DNA of 64,000 nt from Psychrobacter sp. (GTDB lineage: Bacteria; Pseudomonadota; Gammaproteobacteria; Pseudomonadales; Moraxellaceae): contig JAGLBE010000010.1 of the NCBI GenBank assembly GCA_018260445.1, forward strand, positions 40,607 to 104,606. Reading direction: 5' to 3'. Position 1 is the stretch's first letter, and the number at the start of each line of letters is the position of its first letter. A program made the translations under genes and the position numbers. The notes under the pieces were generated by a model, which was not told where the DNA came from, ran no database searches, and saw nothing but the letters and a program-made list of their open reading frames with translations. Shown here piece by piece: positions 35,382 to 44,483 of the stretch.

Positions 35382-36725
35382 TTAAGCCACTTTATCGCCA
35401 CTGATGGCCAATCCCTCACTGGTTTTTTGGATAGCCTTTAAGATGTTAATGATTTGGGCAGACGTCATATAAGCGGGCACGGCATACGTATCACTCACTT
35501 CTTGAGCGGCGGCCTTGGCCATACTGCTAAAATCACTCTCTTGCATACCGGTTACCAGACGATTAATTTCTATAGAATCAATCAAGCTTTTGACCTCATC
35601 TATAAAATAATCCGCCATAGCAGCATCACTACGAACACTGTGGCCATTTTTGGTAGTATCCACTAAACCAATTTTTCTGGCTAACATTGCCAGGCGTTTT
35701 TCACTGGCTTTACGGTTCATATCCAAGATATATGGCAACACAATGGCATTGGCACGGCCATGCGGGATGCCGTAATGAGCGCCCAATTGATGTGCAATAG
35801 CATGGACATAGCCAAGCCCAGCCTTGTTGAGGGCAATACCAGCATAATGCGCCGCAACCCCCATCTCTTCTCGGGCTTTTAAATCGTTACCATTTTTAAA
35901 ACTGATAGGTAAGTAGTGCATCACCGCTTTAGTGGCGGACGCCGAATAATAATCGGTCTCGCCGCTGGCATTAACACTCATCCAAGTTTCTAAAGCATGG
36001 GTTAAAACGTCGATGCCGGTTTCGGCAGTAATGCGCGGCGGCATACCTTGCATAATCGTCGGGTCAATCGCTGCGGCAATCGGCACCATTCTTGGGTCAA
36101 TGGAGATGGATTTTTGATGGGTGGTGTCATCCGATACCACCGCGCCCAACGTTGCCTCTGAGCCCGTTCCTGCTGTGGTGGGCACGCAATAAAGCGGCAT
36201 AATTTTTGAAGCTTTTAATAGCCCCATTAATTTTTCTGGCTGTTTTTTAGTCGCTTGCGCAATGGCAATGACTTTAGCCGCATCAATCACCGAGCCGCCG
36301 CCAATCGCCAATATTGCATCACATTGGGCATTCACTGACTGACTGAGCCCTTCTGTCACCACCTTAAAAGTAGGGTCGGGGGTAATGCCATCATAAATAT
36401 GATAGCGAATATTTTTATCGTCTAAATAGTCTGTGACTTTTTTTGGAACCTCAAGCTTGTTTAACACAGCATCGGTGACAATCAGTACATTAGTAGCGCC
36501 CTCATTGATAATAAGCTCGCACAGCTCAGCGCAAGACTGCTCGCCAACAAACAATAACGGCCGTGGAATAGGCAAAACATAAGCAAAAGCGTGCAATAAT
36601 TTAGCGCGCGTTTTTGCCACCGCTAAATAGCCTGTGTGCTGAATGATATTAGGAACAATTTGGGGGCTACTAAGTTTTGCACGTAGCGAATGAAAGACAC
36701 GGCGGGGTTTTGAGGTAACTGGCAT
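35382..36725 (-). CDS. Iron-containing (group III) alcohol dehydrogenase
   Basis: It has GGGSVIDAAK, TTAGTGSE and the metal-binding His cluster HAIAHQLGAHYGIPHG. The start is at the ATG 36725 (MPVTSKPRR...). Confidence 0.88.
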   Translation of the reverse strand: MPVTSKPRRVFHSLRAKLSSPQIVPNIIQHTGYLAVAKTRAKLLHAFAYVLPIPRPLLFVGEQSCAELCELIINEGATNVLIVTDAVLNKLEVPKKVTDYLDDKNIRYHIYDGITPDPTFKVVTEGLSQSVNAQCDAILAIGGGSVIDAAKVIAIAQATKKQPEKLMGLLKASKIMPLYCVPTTAGTGSEATLGAVVSDDTTHQKSISIDPRMVPIAAAIDPTIMQGMPPRITAETGIDVLTHALETWMSVNASGETDYYSASATKAVMHYLPISFKNGNDLKAREEMGVAAHYAGIALNKAGLGYVHAIAHQLGAHYGIPHGRANAIVLPYILDMNRKASEKRLAMLARKIGLVDTTKNGHSVRSDAAMADYFIDEVKSLIDSIEINRLVTGMQESDFSSMAKAAAQEVSDTYAVPAYMTSAQIINILKAIQKTSEGLAISGDKVA

Positions 36726-37629
36726 AAAAAATCCTTTTAAATTATGCATTAAATAATAAACCGGTGGGGCTAAGCAATTCATTGAAACCAACTTGCCAAT
36801 ACCAGGCACAAGCCAGACGTAAGTAAGGTTTCACACAGGTAGTTTGCTTGATACAACATGACATTATAGACATAAACGTCTGATTTGTCATTAGGGTTTG
36901 TTTGTCCCGTATTAAAGGTAGCAGCATTTAGGCTGGAATCTTTGCTAAAAAAGCCTCTTTATTGCTAAAACGCCCTAGCCAGTCTAGCCCTTGATGTATA
37001 CTAGCAGTTGCGCGCTGCAGCCGTGGCGACAGCGGCCTGTTGTGCACATTTTTTTATCTCTATCACCTTGCTAAGGCTCAATGAGCCGCTTGTTTATAAG
37101 CGTAAGTCATAAGAGCTCATAACGGCAAAAAATAGCCGGTAGTAGCATACTCATAACTACTGGGCTAAGCTGCCAAAGTTTGCGCTTTGGGTCGTGCCAA
37201 GTGGCCTCTTGCATCGCCTCAGCAACGTGTCGTTTGACTGCCGTTTGTTGTTGTTTATCCAATCGTCTGGTCATCATCTGCGCCTTATCCACCCCTTATC
37301 CACACCTTGGCGCTGTCTGTTATCCCTATAGCATATAGATAGCATATAGATAGCCTAATAGAGCGTATTACAATTGCTGACGCCACTTAGCTGCATTTTA
37401 TGATTATAATAAACCTTGTGGATGGTATGATATGCATAAGAGGTAGCAAGCGTTGCAGCGTTTTACTCTGTTTCTGCGTTTTTGTCTTCAGTCGTCTTAA
37501 TATGGTCACTGTCAGTTATCCGTGCAGACATCAAGAATACGTGATACGTTTATCAACAATCAACAATCAACAATCCACTGTCCACAGTGAGCAACCAATA
37601 ATTTATATAACCTAAAAAGGATTCTAATT

Positions 37630-38268
37630 ATGGCACATTTACGCTTAGGCGATATCGCCCCAAACTTTGACGCGGCCACAACGAATGGCGACATCAACTT
37701 TCATGATTGGGCTGGGAATAGCTGGGTGGTTTTTTTCTCCCATCCTGCCGATTTTACCCCCGTTTGTACCACCGAGCTTGGGCGTACCGCAGCTCTAAAT
37801 GGCGAGTTCCAAAAACGTGGGGTTAAACCTATTGCTGTTTCAGTAGACACGGTTGATGACCATAACGCTTGGGCAAGTGATATCGGCGAAACCCAAGGCA
37901 CGCCGCTTAATTTTCCTATCATTGCTGACCCCGAGCGCAAAGTCGCCGAATTATATGACATGATTCACCCCAATGCCGATAGTACCCATACCGTGCGTAG
38001 CGTGTTTATCATCGATCCGAATAAAAAGGTACGTCTTATTTTGACCTATCCTGCCAGTTGTGGGCGCAACTTTGATGAAATCATTCGAGTCATTGATGCG
38101 ATGCAGTTATCTGATGAATACAATGTTGCGACGCCTGTGGATTGGAAAAACGGTGATGATGTGATTATTCCACCTAGCGTTAAAACTGAAGACATCGCTG
38201 CAAATTATCCCAAAGGCTATACAGAAATCAAGCCGTATTTGCGCACCACACCGGCGCCCAATAAATAG
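37630..38268 (+). CDS. 1-Cys peroxiredoxin (Prx6 subfamily)
   Basis: 212 aa. It has the FSHPADFTPVCTTELG active site and no resolving-Cys motif. Confidence 0.92.
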   Translation: MAHLRLGDIAPNFDAATTNGDINFHDWAGNSWVVFFSHPADFTPVCTTELGRTAALNGEFQKRGVKPIAVSVDTVDDHNAWASDIGETQGTPLNFPIIADPERKVAELYDMIHPNADSTHTVRSVFIIDPNKKVRLILTYPASCGRNFDEIIRVIDAMQLSDEYNVATPVDWKNGDDVIIPPSVKTEDIAANYPKGYTEIKPYLRTTPAPNK

Positions 38269-38337
38269 ATCATTGTCTTAAGGTGTTAACCGTCGTTAAG
38301 CTGACATGTTTTGTCATCTTTTTTGTCTACTCCCAAG

Positions 38338-38367
38338 CCTCATAGCTACCCGGTTATGAGGTTTTTT
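38338..38367 (+). terminator. Rho-independent terminator after the peroxiredoxin gene
   Basis: cctcata ... tatgagg followed by tttttt. Confidence 0.65.
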
Positions 38368-38503
38368 ATGCTGAAGGTCCCTTTTTAATACCTCTAAGAT
38401 AGTGTATCGAGATGAATATAAGGTAAAAAGTAACCGCAAAAAAAGGTAAAATAGGTGCTATTTAGTCAAACACTCAGTAACACTCCCAAGGTAATCAGGC
38501 GAT

Positions 38504-39355
38504 ATGATAGTTGTTCAACGTTTTAAATTGTCCATGCTCGTGACCGTCCCCCTGTTGTTAATCAGTTGTCAAAATGGCGAATTAGATGCCCCACTAGACG
38601 ACAATACCCTAAACAATATGCCCCTGCTTTCCAGTGCGGCCCCTAAGCCAGTGGATATGCAAACCGATTTAATCAATCACAACTGGACGCTACTGAGTGC
38701 AGTAGATAGTGATAATCAGCCCGTCACCGCATTGACTGACAACAAAGACAAGGTGCTATTAAGCTTTAGAGAAATGGGTTCGCAGCAACTGGTCGGTTTT
38801 AGTGTGGGCTGTAATGCGATGGGCGGTGAGTTTACCGTTGAGGATAGTGTTCTATTTATTGACCAAGTTGTGGGCGATGCTCAGTATTGCGTTAATCTAA
38901 ATGATGCTGAGAGTTTATTGGCGCAAGCGATGCGTGGGAGCAGTCAGTTAAGCTTAAGCCCCAGTATCCCGCCGATTTTAACTCAAATAACCGAAGCCGA
39001 TAAAACCTTTATTTGGCAAGGCGCCTCCACTGCCGATGTGAAGCAAAAGCAACAAAGTGACACTGTTTATTGGGAAGTTAAGGGCAAAGAGCAGCCTTGC
39101 CCCGATGGTACGACTAAAATGTGCTTGGAGGTTCGGCCGATAGACTATAACAGCCAAGGGGTCAAAGTTGCTGAAGGCAAATGGGCGTTATTTGCCGGCG
39201 AGATTGAGGGTTATAATCACGAAAGACGTCAAGCACAAATTATACGCTTACAACGTTTTGCCGTTGCAGCGGATGCACCTCAACTGATAGCGACCCCAGA
39301 GCAGGCGTTTACCTATGTATTTGATGCGGTGATTGAAAACTTGCTTGCTGATTAG
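38504..39355 (+). CDS. Lipoprotein with a META (HslJ-like) domain plus a C-terminal DUF4377-like domain
   Basis: It has lipobox LLISC, the META signature GFSVGCNAMGGEF and a C-terminal C..G....CLEVRP ... GKW..F...IEGYNHE motif. Confidence 0.7.
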   Translation: MIVVQRFKLSMLVTVPLLLISCQNGELDAPLDDNTLNNMPLLSSAAPKPVDMQTDLINHNWTLLSAVDSDNQPVTALTDNKDKVLLSFREMGSQQLVGFSVGCNAMGGEFTVEDSVLFIDQVVGDAQYCVNLNDAESLLAQAMRGSSQLSLSPSIPPILTQITEADKTFIWQGASTADVKQKQQSDTVYWEVKGKEQPCPDGTTKMCLEVRPIDYNSQGVKVAEGKWALFAGEIEGYNHERRQAQIIRLQRFAVAADAPQLIATPEQAFTYVFDAVIENLLAD

Positions 39356-39446
39356 TGCAGTAATTGAAGCGCTATTTGGTGTTTGAAGTAGCCTCTAAAA
39401 CCTTAGAATGAACCTTTTAATTCTTTTAATATAGCAGGTAACACTT

Positions 39447-40361
39447 ATGATGATTAAAACGCGAGCGAGTGGTCTATTATTATTAACCCTAATCAGTGGT
39501 TGTCAGTCAACTTTGCCTGACAGGACTGCCTCTACTACGGATTCGCCAATAACAAGTAAAACTCAAGGACAGACTACTAGCACGCACCCACAAAACATAG
39601 TCAAGTCTATGGACACAGCGAATAACACGGCCATTGATGCTGCAATAACGGTAACGCCTGCGGTGCTTGCTGCTTATCACTGGTCTTTAATAAGGGCTAC
39701 CGACAGGCAGCAGCAGCCCCTGCACGCATTGATGACCGTAAATGGTCAGGGGAAGCAAGCAGCGAGCTTGCACTTTGAGCACAGTGGTGGTCAAAATATT
39801 ATAAACTTTGGCGTCGGTTGTAATGGTATGGGTGGTACGTATACGCTTGATGAGAACGTGCTTGAAACAGCGAGATTAATGGGCACTGTGATGATGTGCA
39901 GTGAGGATGTGAATCAAGCTGAGAACCTATTGGCAAAAGCCATGCAAGGGCGTAGCGTTGTAAGCTTTAAGGTTAATGAGGATGATGACACCGCGCAACT
40001 GACCCAGCAGACGGCCAATGGCGATATTTTGCTATGGCAAGGTAGTAAAACACCGGAAGCGACCTATGGGCAAACGCCAGAGATGGTTTTTTGGGAAATT
40101 AAGGCGCAGCAACCGCAATGCCCAGACATTACCCTGAGCAACTGCTTAAGCGTGCGCCCGGTTTATTATGATGCGCAAGGTATTAAAACCGGGGTCGGCG
40201 ATTGGCAGTTGTTTGTAGACAATATTGCTGGCTATACGCATGATAAAGGGGTTAATCGCATTGTGCGCCTCAAGCGCTTTGTGACCAATCCTATTGATAT
40301 TAAGGGCAAACAATATGTTTATGTGCTCGATAACGTGATTGAAAGTAGTCAGGTTGAATAA
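39447..40361 (+). CDS. Paralogous META + DUF4377-like lipoprotein
   Basis: It has lipobox LISGC, NFGVGCNGMGGTY, and CLSVRP ... GDWQLF...IAGYTHD. It is collinear with the preceding gene. Confidence 0.7.
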   Translation: MMIKTRASGLLLLTLISGCQSTLPDRTASTTDSPITSKTQGQTTSTHPQNIVKSMDTANNTAIDAAITVTPAVLAAYHWSLIRATDRQQQPLHALMTVNGQGKQAASLHFEHSGGQNIINFGVGCNGMGGTYTLDENVLETARLMGTVMMCSEDVNQAENLLAKAMQGRSVVSFKVNEDDDTAQLTQQTANGDILLWQGSKTPEATYGQTPEMVFWEIKAQQPQCPDITLSNCLSVRPVYYDAQGIKTGVGDWQLFVDNIAGYTHDKGVNRIVRLKRFVTNPIDIKGKQYVYVLDNVIESSQVE

Positions 40362-40430
40362 TCTTTTCTATCTCTTTTCAATCATCATCTTACCAATCAT
40401 AACCTTACCAATTATAAACATTGCTGGCGA

Positions 40431-41015
40431 TTAACCTCGGCCGCTTAAATCTTCCTCACTTAAACGCCAGCGCCCCTTTTTCTTGGACGTGCCCCGGCCA
40501 CTTAGGGCGGTGCTAGCCAGTATCTTGGTCATAGAATGGTTAGCGTGAGCATGACAAATGGCGCAGGCAAGGCCGTCAGCGGCATCCTCTTGCGGGGTTA
40601 CGTCCAATTTTAAAATGCGGCACACCATGCTTTGCACTTGAAGCTTATCCGCAGCCCCATAGCCGCAAACGGCCTGTTTGATTTGACGTGCGGTATATTC
40701 GGCTACTTCTAAATCAAGGGCGACCAATGCCGCAATAGCAGCACCGCGTGCTTGACCTAGTTTTAAGGCAGAATCCGGGTTTTGCGCCATAAACACTTGT
40801 TCCACCGCCGCATAAATAGGTTCTTCGCTATACCTTAGATGATGTTGGGTAATACGAGTAATGCCATTAAAAATACGTTTTAAACGTTCAGGCATCTCCC
40901 GAGTGTCTGTTTTTATGGTGCCCGCATCCAGATAGCGCAAGGTGTCGCCTTTTTGGTGGACGATACCATAGCCTGTCATCCGTGAGCCGGGGTCGATACC
41001 GATATAAATTGCCAT
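40431..41015 (-). CDS. ruvC: Crossover junction endodeoxyribonuclease RuvC
   Basis: It has [15 protein letters not shown] and a later [14 protein letters not shown] motif. Confidence 0.92.
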   Translation of the reverse strand: MAIYIGIDPGSRMTGYGIVHQKGDTLRYLDAGTIKTDTREMPERLKRIFNGITRITQHHLRYSEEPIYAAVEQVFMAQNPDSALKLGQARGAAIAALVALDLEVAEYTARQIKQAVCGYGAADKLQVQSMVCRILKLDVTPQEDAADGLACAICHAHANHSMTKILASTALSGRGTSKKKGRWRLSEEDLSGRG

Positions 41016-41235
41016 AACTGCCTTTGGGTGATGTTGCGTTTAAAAAATGGGTAACGATTTGACTGCGCTGTGGTGTGATGGGCAAGACTTGCTATAATTT
41101 GTTTGATAGTATAGCAAGTCATCCCCATATAGAAGACGACTAAACCGTTTTTAGTCGTCTAGGGTGCACATAAGGCTTGATGGTCACGGTCACGCAGTCT
41201 TTTCTTTTTAAAGTTTAACGGTAGGGTAATACGTT

Positions 41236-41853
41236 ATGGGTCAAATAGTTGGCATTGCCATCGTGTGGTTTATTATTGAGATGTTACTGTGGTATTTGGT
41301 GGCACAGTTTATCAGTGGTTGGTGGGTGTTTATGTGGTTTATCGTGGCGGCGGTGATTGGCATTACCCTGATACGCCGAGGTATGGCAACCCTAAGCCCA
41401 ATGGCGCAGCAAATGCAAGCAGGCGGCATGATGACCCCCGGTACGCGCCCTGCTGAAAATACCCTGATAAAAACAGTGGCGATGGCAGTGGCGGGGTTAT
41501 TGCTATTAATACCTGGTCTGCTGTCCGACTTATTGGCTTTATTGGCGATATTGCCGCCTGTGCAAAAAAAGCTTAAAGATATTGCCAATAACTATGTGAT
41601 GAACAACCAGCAAAAAATGATGGAAATGATGGCAAAACAGATGGGTGGCCAAATGGGTGGACAAAACCCATTTGGTGGGATAGGCGGGCAAAGTCCTTTT
41701 GGCGGTCAACCCCCTTTTGGCAGCAGTGGCGGTGGCAATAAGAATGCCAATCCCTTTGGTAACATGTTCAAACAACATACCACGGTAGATGGCTCTGCTA
41801 AGACAGTGCTTAAAGATGTCAAAAAGTTGAACAAGCCTGCCAATGACGACTAA
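41236..41853 (+). CDS. fxsA: FxsA family inner-membrane protein with an extended Gly/Gln/Pro-rich C-terminal tail
   Basis: It has the FxsA motif LLLIPGLLSDLLALLAILPP. The tail reads GGQMGGQNPFGGIGGQSPFGGQPPFGSSGGG. Confidence 0.8.
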   Translation: MGQIVGIAIVWFIIEMLLWYLVAQFISGWWVFMWFIVAAVIGITLIRRGMATLSPMAQQMQAGGMMTPGTRPAENTLIKTVAMAVAGLLLLIPGLLSDLLALLAILPPVQKKLKDIANNYVMNNQQKMMEMMAKQMGGQMGGQNPFGGIGGQSPFGGQPPFGSSGGGNKNANPFGNMFKQHTTVDGSAKTVLKDVKKLNKPANDD

Positions 41854-41864
41854 AGCCTTGGTTT

Positions 41865-41903
41865 GCGTTACTATGCTGCATTACTATGCTGCATTACTAT
41901 GGT
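41865..41903. repeat. Tandem repeat, 13 bp x3 (gcrttactatgst)
   Basis: Read directly, 12 nt after the fxsA stop. Confidence 0.95.
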
Positions 41904-42125
41904 CTAATTGACCCATAACTTTAAAGAGTTGGGTCTCGTCTCTCAATATCACCATCGACCTACCTTGTTTCAATTTTTTCGTAACGGTATAAGCCGCAGG
42001 CTTTCTTTTAAGCAAATGGTTTAAGTATTTTAGGTTGTTCTGAAGGTGTTCTGAATACGAGTGCTTTAAACCTTACTGCCGTTTTAAACCCAGTAGGGTC
42101 AACCCTAAATCGCCACCCATATAAA

Positions 42126-42160
42126 AGCCCCCTGTAACGTTAAACGTCACAAAGGGGGCT
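42126..42160 (-). terminator. Hairpin terminator, better oriented for a minus-strand transcript
   Basis: The agccccct ... agggggct stem is followed by ttttat on the minus strand. Confidence 0.45.
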
Positions 42161-42556
42161 TAGGGTTTGCAATGTCATAGGTGTTAGGGCGCTAAGCTTC
42201 AAATTAACCCAGACAAGCGCTAATGATAAAACTGCCACGACAACCCAACACGCCTTACCCAAATAATAAGCTCCAAAGTGCCGCTGTTAGATGTGGACCC
42301 ATGAACCGTGAAGTTCAGGGCGGATGTGTCATTGCCTCTTAAGGTTTCCAAGGTCACTGCAAGCAGTGCAGGCGTACACAATAAGACAATAGATAGCACA
42401 TCCATTTAACAGATTATCGGCTCAGGGAATAACATCCACTGGCTAACACTTCAGAGTATTATTATCATAACGAACTTTTTATCTTTTTGCAAACGTCATA
42501 CGTATCACTTGGGCGTGAACAGCGTAAATCTATGTTAAGCGATGCATGTTAAGCCG

Positions 42557-42592
42557 TTTATCTAAGCTTTTATCTAAGCCTTTATCTAAGCC
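42557..42592. repeat. Tandem repeat, 12 bp x3 (tttatctaagcc)
   Basis: Read directly. Confidence 0.95.
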
Positions 42593-42838
42593 ATTGTATC
42601 ATTGCAAAATTATAGTTAAATGGGGGAATGTGGTAGAATTGCTAGGCATGACAGGAATCAGCATTGCTAGGTTTTAAGTTAGGTTTTAGGCCAGGTTTCA
42701 AAGTTTTGTGTTTAGATCGGTTCATGTCGGTTCATTAAAGCCTAAGAACAAAGCCTACCTAAACTTCTTGATATGCTTAGCCTAGCGACAGCACACTATA
42801 ATATTAAAGTTTTTTAAAGATTAATGGAGAGTAGCTTT

Positions 42839-44440
42839 ATGGCAGCAGCCAAGCAAGATAAAAAAACCCCACACGTATTGATGATTTTAGATGGTTTTGG
42901 ATACCGTGAGGATACGCAAGATAATGCCATCGCCGCTGCCAATACGCCAAATTTAGACCGTCTGTATCAAGTTTATCCGCATGGCCTAGTGTCGGGCTCT
43001 GGAGAAGATGTGGGTTTGCCTGAGGGTCAGTTTGGGAATTCTGAGGTGGGGCATATGAATCTTGGCGCCGGTCGGGTGTTATTTCAAGACTCTACCCAAA
43101 TCTCAAGAGACATTAAAAATCGTGATTTTTATAAAAACCCTGCGATTGTCGAGGGGCTGCAAGCAGCAAAAGAGGCTGGTGGCAGTGTGCATATTATGGG
43201 GCTGTTATCAGATGGTGGCGTGCATGCGCATCAAGATCACATCGAGGCCATGTGTCATGCAGCAGTGGTATACGGGGCAAACAATGTCTATGTGCATTGT
43301 TTTTTAGATGGGCGTGATACGCCGCCTAAATCTGCTGATAAATATATCAAGCGCTTACGTGACTATCTAAATGAGCTCAATAGTTATTATGATACCCAAG
43401 TGCAAATTGCAAGCATTATTGGCCGCTATTTTGCCATGGATAGAGACAACCGTTGGGATAGGGTGGAAAAGGCCTATAATCTTTTGACATTGGGCAGTGC
43501 TGAGCGCATGGCGACGCGTGCCGATGGTGCCATACAAGCCGCTTACAAAGCGCGCGAGACCGATGAATTTATCAGCCCCACCAATGTGACCGAGCATAGC
43601 GCAACCCCGTTTATTGTCAAAGACAAGGATGCGTTGTTTTTTATGAACTTTCGAGCCGACAGGGCGCGTGAGCTTAGCCAAGCTTTTTTATTGCCAGACC
43701 ATCAGTTTTCAGGTTTTGCGCGTAAAAAGCAGCCGATGTTGTCTGCCTTTGTGATGATGACCAGCTATTCGGAGCAACTGGCCGCGCATCCTAAAGTTTT
43801 GGTGGCCTATAAACCCACCTCATTAAAAAACACGCTGGGTGAGTATTTGCAAGATCATCATAAGACGCAATTACGCATAGCCGAAACCGAGAAGTATGCC
43901 CATGTCACTTTCTTTTTTAGTGGTGGTCAAGAGCAAGAATACGAAGGCGAGACGCGGATTTTAATTCCTTCACCGGATGTTACGACCTATGATTTGCAGC
44001 CAGAGATGAATGCGGCTAAGGTGACCGCTGCCTTGGTAGAGGCTATTGCTTCTGGGCAATTTGATGTCTTAATCGTGAACTATGCCAATGCAGATATGGT
44101 CGGACATACGGGCGTCTTTGAAGCAGCGGTCAAAGCGGTTGAAGCGCTGGATATTGCAGTGGGGGCGGTGGCAGACGCTGTCATTGCTGCCCAGGGTCAC
44201 TTGCTGATTACGGCGGATCATGGCAATGTTGAGCAGATGCAAGATTACGAGAGTGGTCAGGTGCATACCCAGCACACCACTGAACATGTCCCGCTTATTT
44301 ATGTGGGTGATAACAAAGTAACCGTGCGTGATGGGGGCCGGCTTAGTGATGTGGCACCAACGCTCTTGCATCTTATGGGGCTTACGGTGCCAAAAGAGAT
44401 GACAGGTGAGAATTTGCTAGCGCCTATTGTAAAAGCCTAG
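42839..44440 (+). CDS. gpmI: 2,3-bisphosphoglycerate-independent phosphoglycerate mutase
   Basis: It has VLMILDGFGYRED, NSEVGHMNLGAGR, DGGVHAH and ITADHGN motifs. The ATG at 42839 follows a GGAGAG RBS; the ORF-track ATG at 42824 lies inside that RBS. Confidence 0.92.
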   Translation: MAAAKQDKKTPHVLMILDGFGYREDTQDNAIAAANTPNLDRLYQVYPHGLVSGSGEDVGLPEGQFGNSEVGHMNLGAGRVLFQDSTQISRDIKNRDFYKNPAIVEGLQAAKEAGGSVHIMGLLSDGGVHAHQDHIEAMCHAAVVYGANNVYVHCFLDGRDTPPKSADKYIKRLRDYLNELNSYYDTQVQIASIIGRYFAMDRDNRWDRVEKAYNLLTLGSAERMATRADGAIQAAYKARETDEFISPTNVTEHSATPFIVKDKDALFFMNFRADRARELSQAFLLPDHQFSGFARKKQPMLSAFVMMTSYSEQLAAHPKVLVAYKPTSLKNTLGEYLQDHHKTQLRIAETEKYAHVTFFFSGGQEQEYEGETRILIPSPDVTTYDLQPEMNAAKVTAALVEAIASGQFDVLIVNYANADMVGHTGVFEAAVKAVEALDIAVGAVADAVIAAQGHLLITADHGNVEQMQDYESGQVHTQHTTEHVPLIYVGDNKVTVRDGGRLSDVAPTLLHLMGLTVPKEMTGENLLAPIVKA

Positions 44441-44483
44441 TATCTACAAATAATACTGGCATCGTTTTAGTTTAAAACTCCCT

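Noticed and set aside
37107-37615. Small ORFs 37107..37292 (-) and 37400..37615 (+) in the Fe-ADH / peroxiredoxin intergenic region
   Set aside because: They have no RBS and no recognisable family, and their composition is odd. The plus-strand ORF reads through tandem repeats. They are kept as unannotated.
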